A stretch of DNA of 64,000 bases from Vicugna vicugna (Eukaryota), in NCBI GenBank assembly GCA_013265495.1, contig MU058153.1, positions 1,862,001-1,926,000 on the forward strand, in the 5' to 3' direction. Positions 51,822 through 64,000 of this stretch are shown in pieces. Under the pieces are notes generated by a model. That model was not told where the DNA came from and ran no database searches. It was given only the letters and a program-made list of their open reading frames with translations. Position 1 is the first letter of the stretch; the number at the start of each line of letters is the position of its first letter. Position numbers and translations under genes: made by a program.

Positions 51822-52492
51822 CTGAGGAATCTCTTGTTATTTTCCACAATAGCTGCATCTGTTTACATTCCCACCAACCTTGTGTGAGGGTTTCCTTTTC
51901 TCCACACCCTCTCCAACATTTGTTATTTCTTGCCTTTTTGATAATAGCCATTCTAATAAGCATGAGGCAATATCTCCTAGTGGTTTTGATTTGCATTTTC
52001 CTAATACTTAGCAATGTTGAACATTTTCATTTGTCTTTTGGCTGCTGTCTGTCTGTCTTCTTTGAAAACGTACCTATTTGGATCTTCTGCCTATTTTTAA
52101 TTGGGTTCTTTTTTATTCTTGAGTTGTATAAATTTATAGATTTTGAGTATTAACCTCTTATGGGATATATGATTTGCAAATATCTTCTCTATTTTGTAAA
52201 TTAGCTTTTCATTTTGTTGGTGGTTTTCTTTGCCGTGCAGAAACTTTTTAGTTTGATGTAGTCCTATGTGTTAATTTTTGCTTTTGTTTCCCTTGCTTAA
52301 AGAGACATATCCAGAAAGATACTGTGAAGACTGATGTCAGACTGCCTATGTTTTCTTCTAGGAGTTTTATAGTTTCAGGTCCCATATTCAAATCTTTGAC
52401 CCATCATGAGTTAATTTTCACATATGGTGTAAGATAGTGGTCTATTTCATTCTTTAGGATGTGGCTATCCAATTTTCCCAACACCACTTATT
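51822..52492 (-). mobile_element. L1 ORF2 C-terminal fragment (inverted 5' part of a twin-primed L1)
   Basis: ORF 51805-52014(-) encodes '[43 protein letters not shown]', typical of the L1 ORF2p C-terminus. Confidence 0.9.
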
Positions 52493-52672
52493 TTCCACAT
52501 GATCCGACTATTCTACTTCTGGGTATTTACCCAAAGAATACAAAGACACTAATTTGAAAAGATACGTGCACCCCAACATTCACTGCAGCTATTTACAGTT
52601 ATTCGCAACACAAAAGATGGAAACAACTTAACTGCCCATCAATAGATAGATGGATAAAGAAGATGAGGGGTG

Positions 52673-52703
<31 letters not shown>

Positions 52704-53067
52704 TGGAATACCATGCAACCCTGAAAAAGATGTAATCTTGCCATTTGTGAAAACATGGCTGGAACTTGAGGGTATTATGCTAAGTGAAATAAGTCAGACA
52801 TAAAAAAGACAAATACTATATGATTCACTTATATGTGGATTATTAAACAACAATGATGACAGCAACAAAATAAATGAACAAATCAAACAAACAAACAAAA
52901 ATCTCCACATAGATACAGAGAACAGAGGGAAGACAACTCCATGGTGGTGGATGGAAATTAAACTTTTGGAGGTGAGCACACTGTAGTGTTTACAGAAGTT
53001 AATATATATTGTAACACATGAAACTTATACAATGTTATAAACCAATTTTACCTGAATTTAAAAAAAT
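52493..53067 (+). mobile_element. L1 3' end with poly(A); contains (CA)n at ~52676-52703
   Basis: 'tgatcc...cttctgggtatttacccaaag...atggataaagaagatg...ttgagggtattatgctaagtgaaataagtcagaca...aaccaattttacc...aaaaaaaa'. Confidence 0.9.
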
Positions 53068-53989
53068 GTATCTAGTAATGTCCTTCACTTCACTTCCTGT
53101 TCATTTTACTACATCAATTTTGAACAGATAAGACTAACAGCACAAACCCAGTCTAAGCCTGTGCATTTAGGATCTTCCCTGACAGATCCACTTTAAGGTC
53201 CAATCTCCAAGAACATATTGCATTGAAAGTGAATTTAAGAAAACAAAAATATGCAAAGATGGAGACTTTCTTAAAATAAACATGCTGGTGAAAATAGTAA
53301 CTAAGGCAACAGCAGTCATGGGAAAACTGCTCAGTACAATCTATGGACGGTCATTTTGAGGAAATATTTCAATTCTTTTACAACTGACTTGGCTAGGGCA
53401 CATCCAGGGAGAAAGAGTTGACTGATAATCTATCGTACTGTTTCTGCCACCTTCCAGAATGTTGTTTTGGATTCTATCAACTCAAATCTGACAACTCTGT
53501 CATTTGTATGTCACTCTGAAGAGATTTATTATACTAGTAGTTGACTGACATTTTGTGTGTATATGTTCTTCTCTCCAACTGGATTTTAATGTCCATGAAA
53601 GCAGATACATCTTATTAAACCCTGATATCATTAGCAGATAATGTTTTTTTTTGTTGGCAGAAGTTTCACTGGAATGAAAACCAAGAGATTACATTTGCGA
53701 TCTAACGTGATCCATATTAAACTGTGTGAACATAGATTGTCACCAATTTTTCCCTAGGTCTCAGATCATAACATAAAAATGAAAAACTTGGAATCAATTA
53801 TTTTACGATGATTTTTAGTAAATATTCAACAATATTTATTAAGAAAAAAGTTATGATGATTTAATTGATAAATTGTATAATATATCCCTGTATGTGGCCA
53901 GTCTTCCTTTGGAATCTGCTATGTATAACTAAGCATTTTTCATTAACAAAAATCAAGACATACATGTTGCTCTGGAGAGATAAAAATGA

Positions 53990-54230
53990 TTTCAGGAGTA
54001 AGAAACCACGCTCAAGAGTCAGACTGAATGGATCCAAATCTTGGTTCTGCTACTTCCTAGTTTTGGCAAATTATCAATATCATTTTACCTCACTCTTCTC
54101 ATCTGTAAAAGGAGAAAAATAATAATACTTTTTTTGTAGTCTTAATATGAAAATTAAATAGGGAGATATCAATAAAATACTTCACATATGCCTGATACAT
54201 TGAAAGGGCTCAATACAAAGTGTTATTTTT
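53990..54230 (+). mobile_element. MIR SINE
   Basis: 'gagtcagactg...ccaaatcttggttctgctacttcctag...ctcatctgtaaaaggag'. Confidence 0.7.
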
Positions 54231-56489
54231 CTGTCATTACATGTTACATGTTACATTACAGGTTTTCATGTATCAGAGCGCCCTGAAGAACTTACTAGCC
54301 ATCATCAACTTGAGCTGACTCATAAAAGAATGCATTTTTCATCTTTGGAAGAGTTCATAAATAAGCTGCCTACTGGCTAACAGTTAAACGGCAAAGGAGA
54401 TTCCTGCATTGCTGCAAGATTGGATTTAATGGCTTCTAAAATTTCTCGTAGTTGTGAAAATCTAGGATATTTTTTAGATCGTTTAAAAGCCCAACGTGTG
54501 TTATAAATGGACAAAGGAGGAACCAATTTTGCAGTGGAAGAGATGAAGGGGGAGCAATCCCATTACCTGTTTGGTGTTTTAGCTTAAGTTGATCATACGA
54601 CATCTTTCCGCTGCTGCCGTGTGGGTCCCAATTCACCGTGCCTTGGAGACGCCTCGGGCACAGGTCTATTTCATGTGCCATTTTCTCTCCTATTGTTTCA
54701 CCCTGATATGATGCCGGATTTATTCTGATATGATACCGTATTATATGCTAACTTCTTGCTTACAAGGATCTTTGTTCTTATGTCTTTAAATTCATAAATA
54801 TCTCTGACCAGTCTGAAATCTGTATTTTTCATGTTTTGCTTATTATTTGATTATTTAGACAATTATGGTCCAAGCTGACGAGAAAACATCAAATACAAGT
54901 TATATGACCATATTTAAGGGAAAATATTTCAGGTGTGGAGTGTCTTTGTTTTTTGTGCTTTTTTAAACTTTAAGATAAAATACATAATTTTTTAAAATGA
55001 CAGCCATTAATTAGAAGTACAATAATAACTCTTTAAAAGAAGTTTGTAAAATTAAGCTTCCATTTTCATTCAGTAAAAGGAACAATCATGCAAATTTGAT
55101 GTAAATTATACTATTCCTGAGTTTAAAAGTTTGACTCTTGATTTGAACTGTCAATTTAATGATTGCCTTCTCCCTCTACATAGAATAGAAGTAGAGGAAG
55201 CTGAGGTACTGGGGAGGGGACATCTTGCTTTGCCTGCTGTTCTTTGTCCATCATGGCCTCTGTTCAGGTCTAAAGCAGGAGGTCCTTATCACTGTGCAAT
55301 GTTGTCCTCTACTGATGTCCGTGGTCCAAATATCTCTTTGTTCTTCAGATGCTCATATTCTTCATACCAAATATGAACTTCATTCAAACAAGCCCCAAGG
55401 CTAAGGTAAAGGTTGGGACGAGTAATGGACACAGGGTTCATTCTCAGGAACCCAGACCGTTTCTAATCTAATCACATTCCTATTGCTTCTCACTCCTGCA
55501 TGTGGAACTATATGTCTCTTTGGGTTGGAATTAGCTTCGTACCCTTTCGCGTTGCTTTCTCATTCTCTCACACTAGTTGATAAACTTAATTTTGCGTCTC
55601 TCCAGGTTTTGACTCCTGATTTTCCCAAAGCATCTTCTCAGAATTTTTTTTTAAGTATAGATTTTAAGACACTGCTTTCTTCCTTTAGAGTTTATGAAGT
55701 CTACTTAAGAGCTCAAAAGCCTAAAATTAGACTCTGTTATTTCTCTCTTAGTCATACTTTGAAACCAGGACAGAAAGAAAAATACTTGCTGCCACTGGAT
55801 TAATGATGAGAGATGTTAGAGCTAAAGGGAATTGTCAGAATAAGAATTCTGATCTAAAATGTTAATTTACTATATCCATAATATGCAAAATATTAAGCAA
55901 AGGATAAGTTTATCAGATGCAATATAAAGCTGAACTAGGGAAAGTAAGACTTTGATGACACTGCCAATCACATAGTTGAGGAAAATAGATAATGAGCTCA
56001 CTGTCCGTTACAAAGGACAGGTTGAGGTTAGGGGAAAAAGGCTGAGGTCCATGACAAAAGACAAAGTGGAGCCAATGGGACAACAGCAAATCATGTTTCA
56101 TTGTTCTGTTATTCTTAGCTGTTTGTTGCAAAAGGAATTTACTACTTTTTAAAGAATTAGGTGGGAAAATTTTTTTCTGCTTCTTTCATTTTAATTTAAC
56201 CAGCCATAATTAAATTGTGCCAACATGGCCACTTATCCTCCTCCCCACTACACACCTTTATTACCCAAAATCCAAAGACCAGATCAATAGCACCGACATC
56301 ATCACCTGATCCCACTTCCCAGATTGGTTCCAAGAAGTCTCTGACTCAACTATTCCCCTCCCCTCTTCCTTCTCTTTCTCATTCTTCTTCTCTGCATAAA
56401 ATTATCATCAGATTACAATGCTGGGTATGGGACTGTTAGTCATCTTGAAAAATGTAAATATTCTGGTTTTCTGTTTCTTTTGAGGAAAT

Positions 56490-57039
56490 TGTGGGATGAA
56501 GATGATCACATGAAGATTAAGCTTTATTACTGCAACCTCAGCCTAAAACTGAGACCTAATATTACGTGTGGCCTTGACATCTGGGGAAACTGGGAGGGTC
56601 CCAAATTGCCTAACTTTAAGATTTCATGTTCATTCTGTTCCCATGGATAAGATGCCCCAGCCAAACAATCCTGCTTATCAAATGGATCAGTTACTCTTCT
56701 TGCTCATCACTGAGTGGCAGGTTTCAGCTCCCTTCCAGCCCGTGGAATGAATCAGATAAGCCAATCAGAGCCTCTCCCAAGAACCAGGGATACCTCACTT
56801 TCTTACTACTACAAAGCCTGCCTCCCACAGTTGCTGGTTGTCCCCTCTGTTCCCAAGTGCAATCCTCGTGTGTTTTGCGTGTGGGTGATGCCCTCCTTCT
56901 CCAGGTTGTTAGTATCTGTGACTAACGTATTGCTGCGGGTGTTTATTTACCCAGGCAAGTGCGGTGTATTTGGCCCAAACTGTCACCCTAGGGCAGAAAG
57001 TCCTCCCTCTCCGACAGAGTGCAGAGATGAGTAAAACAA
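56490..57039 (+). mobile_element. ERVL LTR (MER54/MER73-like)
   Basis: 'ttccagcccgtggaat...gccaatca...tgtgactaa...ccctagggcagaaagtcctccctc...taaaaca'. Confidence 0.6.
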
Positions 57040-57079
57040 TTACTTTGCCCATTTACTCCAAAACCTATTTAGTGACTCA

Positions 57080-57280
57080 GGTTGGTTAGGCATTGAGCCA
57101 AGTACTTTGTGCTAGTATTTAATCCGTCTGACAGCCTTCCATCTCGGTGTCATTATCTCCACTTACAAGCAACAACACTGCGGTTCAGAGAGGTTAAGCC
57201 ATTTGTCCAAAGTTAGAGAAAGTCAGACTAAACCCAGGTTCTCTTCTAAGTTCCATACTTTTTCCATTACTTTACACTGT
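57080..57280 (-). mobile_element. MIR SINE
   Basis: 'actgcggttcagagaggttaagccatttgtccaaagtt'. Confidence 0.7.
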
Positions 57281-57940
57281 TTCTATTAAAGGTAAGCTTT
57301 CTTTGTCTAAAAATGCCAGCAAGTATGGTTATAACAAGTTTTCCATGAAATAGAAAAGCAGCTTGCCTCTTACAACGAGCAAGCATCTCTTATCCTAGTA
57401 TTCGGCTTTTCACTGAAAACGCTATATTAAAAACTCACAAAAAAAATCTTAATGAGGATAGCAGAATGAAGCTGCTAAAATACTTAAAGTATGTATTATC
57501 TGTTAGCTTGAGCCTTTTGTGCTAGTAGCAGGGCTGCAAAATTGGACTTAGATTCCTGGGACATCTCCGTTAGCCTTGTGCTTTCTCACTTTTCACCAGA
57601 CGTCTCGAGCAGCTCTACAACAGCCGTGTCTAAGTTGTCCCCATTTACATTCTCCCAGGCATGACTGGTGTCTGGTAAGTTTGGGTGGGAGAGCCAGAGG
57701 ATGGATCCCAAAGAGACTTAGGGTCCTCCCTGAGGTTAATACACTCACTGGACTAAAGCTACAAATCCTCTCTTTCCTAATTCTTCTGTTTTTATAGAAA
57801 CGCTACAAGCTGAGAAATAATGGTACCACATTAAACTACCTCTATCTTTAAGACTTATATTCTTTTCTTCACAAGGGATAAACTAAATGAGAACATGGTC
57901 TGGGAAAATTCTGTTTACATAGACACTTCTAACTAAGGAT

Positions 57941-58032
57941 TTTTTTTTTTTTTAAATGGAGGTACTGGGGATTGAATCCAGGACCTCGTGGATGCTAAGC
58001 ATGTGCTCTTCCACTGAACTATTACCCTCCCC
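57941..58032 (-). mobile_element. tRNA-derived SINE, camelid vic-1-like (short-tail form)
   Basis: Reverse complement GGGGAGGGTAATAGTTCAGTGG...CCTGGATTCAATCCCCAGTACCTCCATTTAAAA; TSD aactaaggat (57931-57940) / aactaatgat (58033-58042). Confidence 0.85.
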
Positions 58033-59698
58033 AACTAATGATATTCTTAACACATATATTCCACTCCCTAATCTCAGTTTCTCTAAAGACTCATTATAAT
58101 GTATTGAGAGTCTATGTGACAGATTCTGCTTTCACTGCTATACGTGTATCACCGCATCTCTGCATTGAATGACTTCAGCACATTAATGGTTTCCATGTAT
58201 CAGTGAAGATATCAACGTACAGGCAATGTAAGAATATGCTTAGGTCAAGTGGCTGGTGACGGAGGGGCCAGGAGTCCACCCCAGGTCTGATTCTGCAGCC
58301 TACTCTTAAGTCACATTAAGCTTGGTTACACTGATTGGTTTGGAAACACCACTGTTTGCTGGGAAAGCAAAAGCTACCCATAAACACATCTGTGGTAGAG
58401 GCAGTTCTTTTCACTGGCTTGCCTGCTGCCTACTTGATTCCTGAAGAATACACTGTTGATTGTTCACAGCTTCAAAGAAAATCACTTTTCCATAAAGTGC
58501 CCATTATAGTGTGTCAATGAATGTGGTAGCGTGCATGATTTACCTCTGGGGTGCATGTAATTAGAAAATTAACCTTTTAGTTTTCTCCTGTTATAAAAAG
58601 GGATGGAAGGATAATACATTAGCAACCGTGTCGGTTTATTATTGTGCTTGTAATTTCTAAGTTGCCTGAAAGGAACAAAACTCTAGGAATAAGAATCTGA
58701 ATGTGTTCAGGAGAAGTAGCATTTTGCACATATAGAGGGATGTACTTCCCATGTCTTTCACACGCTTTTAAGATGATCTCCCTGACTTAAGGTAGCATTT
58801 TTCTCAAATGAGAAAGAATACTTAGAATTCCCTTCTCATCTCTAAAATCATTCTTGCTTTTCAGAAAGCACAGTGTTTGTGTAAGGTCCATGCTTGTGTT
58901 TCTGTGAAAGGATCACACGCGTGCAAAGTGAGAGAGACTCGCCCCAGGAAATTGAGAAGGGCTGGCAGCCCCACTGCCAAACGCTATCCTCCCCCATAGA
59001 TGCTAATCAGTTCTCAGAAGAGCTTAATCCTCTGAACTGCAAGAGGGCAGAGTCAGTTTCACCACTAGTAAAAGCTTTGATCAATTCTAACTCTGGGTCT
59101 CATAGGAGCTGAAAGGTAATGTTGCGTTTGTGCCTCAAAATCACTAGGTCGCAGCCTTGATTTTAGACACATCATTTGTGATACTTTATTCCTGAGAGGC
59201 ATGGAGACGTGTGAGAAGATCAAAAAAAAAAAAATCTGAGATACATTATAACTGTCCCTGCTAGAGGGTGAGGGATGTGACATTGAACTTTGAGCTGGGA
59301 TACTTGGCTTATCTTACTGGCTGTCCAGTTTTGAGTACATCACTTACATTTTCAGAGTCTTGGTTTCATTTGAAAAATGGGGGTATTTTTCCCTGTCTAC
59401 CTCAAAAAATCTCTAAAGAGACAGGCTGATTTAAAGAAAAAAAAAGATGTCAAACATTGCAATTGTAATTTAAAGAGAATAAGAAAGTGAAATATTGTTA
59501 TTCCTACCATCTGCTATTTTTGAGTGGCTAAACTTTCTTTTTTAATAACAAAACTGAGATCAAGGCAGCATTCCACGCCTCATTCTCAAATTCCCTGTGA
59601 AAGCAATTTTTCATATTCTAAAAAATATTCTGTAGTTCTTTATGGTCACTCTTGGGCTTGAAACCTTGATCTTTTCAACCTCTTACCTAATCTCCATC

Positions 59699-60161
59699 TG
59701 TGGTAATCTGAATAATGTCTCTCAAGAGATTGAATCCTAAGGCTTGGAGACTCTAAATTACCTTAGATGGAGAAAAAGGCTTTTGTGGATGTGATTAAGT
59801 TAAGGATCTTGAGATGGAGTGATTATCCTAGATTATACAGGTGGTCCAAAATGTAATTCAGAGCCTTTATAAAACGAAAGCACAGGGAGATTTGGCACAA
59901 AAAGAACAGGAGGAGGTAATGTGATCACACAGGCAGAGACTGGAGTGATGCAGCCACCAGCCCAGAAGCGGTGGCAGCTGCCAGAAGCTGGAGAGACAAG
60001 GACCAGATTCTCCCCTAACGGATTCAGAGATGTCCAGCCACGTGACACTTTCATCTCTGTCTGTGAAACTGCTTTTGCACTTCTGCAAAAGAATCAGTGT
60101 GTGTCGTTTTAAGCCACAATGTGTGTCATCATGTGTTACAGCAGCCATAGGAAACTCATAC
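59699..60161 (+). mobile_element. MaLR solo LTR (MLT1C/D-like)
   Basis: 'tgtggta...gtgattaagttaaggatcttgagatgg...ccagaagctggagagacaagg...ttaagccac...gttacagcagccataggaaactcataca'. Confidence 0.85.
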
Positions 60162-61699
60162 AGCATTCCTCCATCATATCAAACAGTGTTCTAGATGAAA
60201 CATTGAGTGATTGTGGCAACCTCTTCCAACCCCCAACCCTCAACCCCCAGCCTCTTCTTTACGGCCCCCTTTTAACTCTTGAGAAATCCTCTTTGGAAAG
60301 TGCAAGTTTGCCTTCTCAGTGAGAAACTGGGAGATGCGTTGTCTCCTATCGTGAATGCTCCTTTGCATCCTGGGCTGTTTATGATACAAAAGGAAAGCTT
60401 TCAGCTGGTGAAAATGGATAGAATTGAGTGAACTGTAACACAGGAATTGCTGTTTCCCAAGTGGAATGACTTAGACAAACACTGCTTTGATGGCTTGAGA
60501 ATAGATTTGATTATGTCTTGGATGAGAGTCCTTCACTTTCCTTTCTGCATTGGATTACTGTACACCATGCGTCTCAGTGGACCCTCGTAAGCAGTGTTGA
60601 ATGGAGAGGTAATGGATTACATCTCTTAGGATCTCCCTTTGCTCTCCTTTTAGTTATGTTGTTGGATTATTTTTTTCCCCCATTGGCAATTTAGTGTCCC
60701 TATTCTTACTGGGAAACAAAATTTTAAACTTAAGGACTACTCAGTGCTGTAAGAGAAACAAAGTCTCACACTTCTTTAAATATTCATACCACACATTTTT
60801 TGAATATGTTTAAAAAGAAGGGCAGGTTAAGAGCAAAATTTTCAGGCATTTCTAAAATGTTTCACTTCCTTTTTTTTTTTTTTTGTTCCTGTACAGGTTA
60901 ATATGCTGCTGTTTTTGCCATATTTTGTAATTAACTGACAATAGGCCGTGCTTAAGAATGGATTTTGCCACTTGGTTTTGGGTGAACAATAGTGTAAAAG
61001 GCTATTCTGAAGGAATGGATATTGAACTGGTGAGCTGTTTCACAGAGAACACCACTGACTGGGGGGTATCTGTAAGTAAGCAATGACTAACTGGTTGAAG
61101 TATCTCCTAATTTCTTAAAATATCTACAAGAGAATATATTACTTTTTGATCTGTATCACGTACTAAAAACAAATACTCAGATTTTTATGTCTAAATAGCA
61201 TTAATTTCACACTAACAAAAGCCTCTCCCAGAAAGCTTTTTTAAAATAATACTATTAAATATAGTGCACAGCAAATTGCCAAAACAGCTAACAGGGAGAA
61301 ATTTATTCGTTAAGTGAAAGTGAGGGAAATTTACAGCTTTAACTGACATATCTATACAGATTTCTAGCATAGTAGTATGCTTCTAATCCTTATCTCTGCA
61401 GCCATTCTTCTTCTAGTCTTTGCTTCCTTTTTGTTTTTTAACTTATTTACCATATTACTCTGTGTATGTGTTTTAATTAGCAATTAATGTTGGAGCCATT
61501 TGAGAGGTGGTGATTCTGGAATATTATCAGATTTGATGTGAAAGTCCATGAGTTATGTTTGGGGAAAATGATCTCATATGCTTTGAAACATCCAAGTGAA
61601 GATGAGGGAAAAGCAAAACAGAATAGACTGTGTTTATCATAAGTCATGACATAAATGACATTTGACGTCAACAGAGGAGGAGATTGCTCAGAAGAAAGA

Positions 61700-62480
61700 G
61701 TTTAGTGAAAGAACAGTAGGAAGCCTAGCATTGAACCTTAAGGAGTTTTAGCCAGAGAAACAGCGGAGTAAAAAAAGGCAGTATTGATCATGGAATGCAA
61801 AATCAGTCTTTCTAGAAGCAAAGAACCGCAATGGTAAATGTTGCTAAGTGGTCGGCACATTGATAATTGAAAAAAGTTCACTGAATTTAAAGACAAGTGT
61901 TCCTACAGATGAAGCAAGTTTTGAAGGTTTGTCTTCTACCTGAGAGAGAAGGGGAGGTAACAGAGACAGTGAAGACAATGTTTCACCAAGTTTGGTGATG
62001 GATGGAGCGAGAGGTAGGGTAGTGATGGAGGGGAAGGTGGGGCAAAATGGATCCTTTACAAGGAAGGGATCAAACTGAGACAGAGGCTGACATATAAGGA
62101 AGTGTGAAGACTCAGTCCTGAAGAGGTCATGAGAAGAAGGGGGAAAATGGAATTCAAGTCACAGGGATGGACCTCAGATGGGAAAAGATAATCTACTGAA
62201 ATCAACTAGGGAATTGGAGGAGTCAGGATTTTTAAAGGAGCTGTAAAATCCTGAAATACTTGCGGATTATGATACAACAAATAGACCAGAGGAAAATACA
62301 GAAGAACTGATGGGTCATGTTGAGATCTGTGTTTGGTAATTATAAACCTAAAGTGGAACCAATCTACACTTTTGTAGGACTTTTTCCAATGGAGCAGAGT
62401 TATTTTGGTTCTGACTATAATGGATGGAGAATGTAATAGATGGATTTATTTAGTTTGGGAGTTTTGCTGGATATGGAAAA
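61700..62480 (-). mobile_element. Degraded L2-like fragment
   Basis: Purine-rich text 'gtaaatgttgctaag...ttcactgaattta...gagacagtgaagacaa'. Confidence 0.4.
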
Positions 62481-63439
62481 TAAAAAGAGAAACAGGTGTG
62501 ATAAATTATGTTACTGACAAGTGTGAAATTGGAATGATGGACCATGGACTTTCTCCTGAATACAGAGGAAAATAGTGCTGTTTCAAATAAATGCTTCTAC
62601 CTTTGTGCATGTTAAGTTTGTAAAGATATAGTAAATGTGGCCAAGTAAATACAGAAGTTCCATATTGAAAGAGAACAAAGAAAACTGGGGCAATCCACAC
62701 CATTCTGTTTACCTAGAGGATCTACATTAAGTTGTTTCAAGGTTGCAATGGTTTATATATGCTTATATTATCTTTTATTTGCTATAATCCGCTCTGTATT
62801 CACATTTTGAGATGGCCATTCATCAGACAGCACAGAGCCAAGTTGTCTGAACAATTTCTTTCAGACACTGTAGTGGCATCTTACAAGCATTAAACTTAAG
62901 GATAAGACAAGACTGTGGAGATTATCTATTTCAGTCCCTTCAGTTTGGATGGTGTATTTGAAATTCAAAGATGGGACATGATAAAGGACAGAGTAGTTAG
63001 GAGAGACATAATTCAAGCTCACATCTCTTTCACCCCAATATTGTGAACTCCCCATAGTCTTAACTGTCAGTGACATTACAGATTAGTATATTGGCATTGC
63101 AGAAGATGATCCAGACAAAACATATCCAAAGAAAGTAATTTCTGATTAATTTTACAAGATAACTACCACTGTACTCCAAAGTGTATCAATCCCTAAATTA
63201 ATACCAGAGGTCTCTCTACAGCACTGTGGTATGCAATTAAAGAGAAACTCCCAAAAGGGTGGGGGTATATTGTAAATAGAGGATACAAAAAAAAAAGTAT
63301 TTGCTTTGGATGGCAGTAAACAGTAAACACCAAGTCTGTCTACTTTACTTCTGCTCCTATTCCAGATGTGAGAACACCTTTCCTAAACTTAAATTTTTCA
63401 CTAACATGTTCACTAAGCTTGTGTAATTAATTATAAGTT

Positions 63440-63525
63440 TTGTTTACTGAATTATCACAAGTGCCTACGATGGTTTCTGGCACATGGTAGGTATTCAGTA
63501 AATACTTGTTGAATAAATGAGTAAG
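63440..63525 (+). mobile_element. L2 3' terminus
   Basis: 'ctggcacatggtaggtattcagtaaatacttgttgaataaatga'. Confidence 0.75.
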
Positions 63526-64000
63526 ACAGAAAAGATTAGACATTGAGAAAAATTTTTTAAAAACATGAAGCACAAGCAATTGTATATTGTCACAAACTTG
63601 TCTTCCTCATCATCAGCATTTACAGCCCCTAAAGAATCTCTTTATAACATTTTGTTGAAGATTTAAGCTGTAAGTAAGGGTTTTACATTAGAAATACTGC
63701 ATTTATGCCTCCTAGCTAAAAGAAAAATGTTTGAAGCAAAGATATGCAACGACCCTGCATATTGTAAGTGGATTTGACTTTCGTTTGCTGTTTGATCATA
63801 TATTACCCACTGGAAAGTGCTGTGTCATTACAAACTCACCCTCATATGCTAGGGATTACAATTGTTTCCAGAGGAGAAAGTCTAACAAAGTTCATAAAAA
63901 CAAATTCATTAAACGTTTGAAAAAGAAAATACCTAAAACGGTCACTCGTTGTTCAAATTTACAAAATCCCAAACCATCCCCAGAGGTGTCCTAGTTACAA

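Noticed and set aside
51797..52153. 118-aa hydrophobic ORF
   Set aside because: Antisense reading of L1 ORF2, a common artefact
54703..54742. Short tandem duplication ctgatatgat(g/a)ccg(g/t)att
   Set aside because: Two copies only; ordinary slippage-type duplication, not an array
1..64000. CRISPR arrays, operons, prokaryotic defence systems, numts, full-length ERV genes, miRNA/snRNA genes
   Set aside because: No regularly spaced repeats, long ORFs or recognisable RNA-gene sequences seen by eye; an Rfam/miRBase/BLAST search would be needed to exclude small RNAs formally

Overview
AT-rich, CpG-depleted mammalian DNA, most likely camelid: two tRNA-derived SINEs match my recollection of the camelid vic-1 family. 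A large share of the window is interspersed repeat (L1, L2, MIR, MaLR/ERVL/ERV1 solo LTRs, MER5A/MER58/Tigger-type MITEs) plus microsatellites. I cannot recognise any known protein-coding gene, structural RNA, CRISPR array or prokaryotic-type system, and the ORF track is mostly repeat-derived or chance. The best unexplained signal is a cluster of phase-compatible, canonically bounded minus-strand exon candidates at about 28.1-30.8 kb followed by an AATAAA, which could be a small unannotated gene or lncRNA. Other notable items are a ~120-bp local duplication that appears inserted into an old L1, a twin-primed (5'-inverted) L1, and two CpG/TF-motif-rich putative regulatory patches. Repeat subfamily names come from memory of consensus sequences, and boundaries are approximate.
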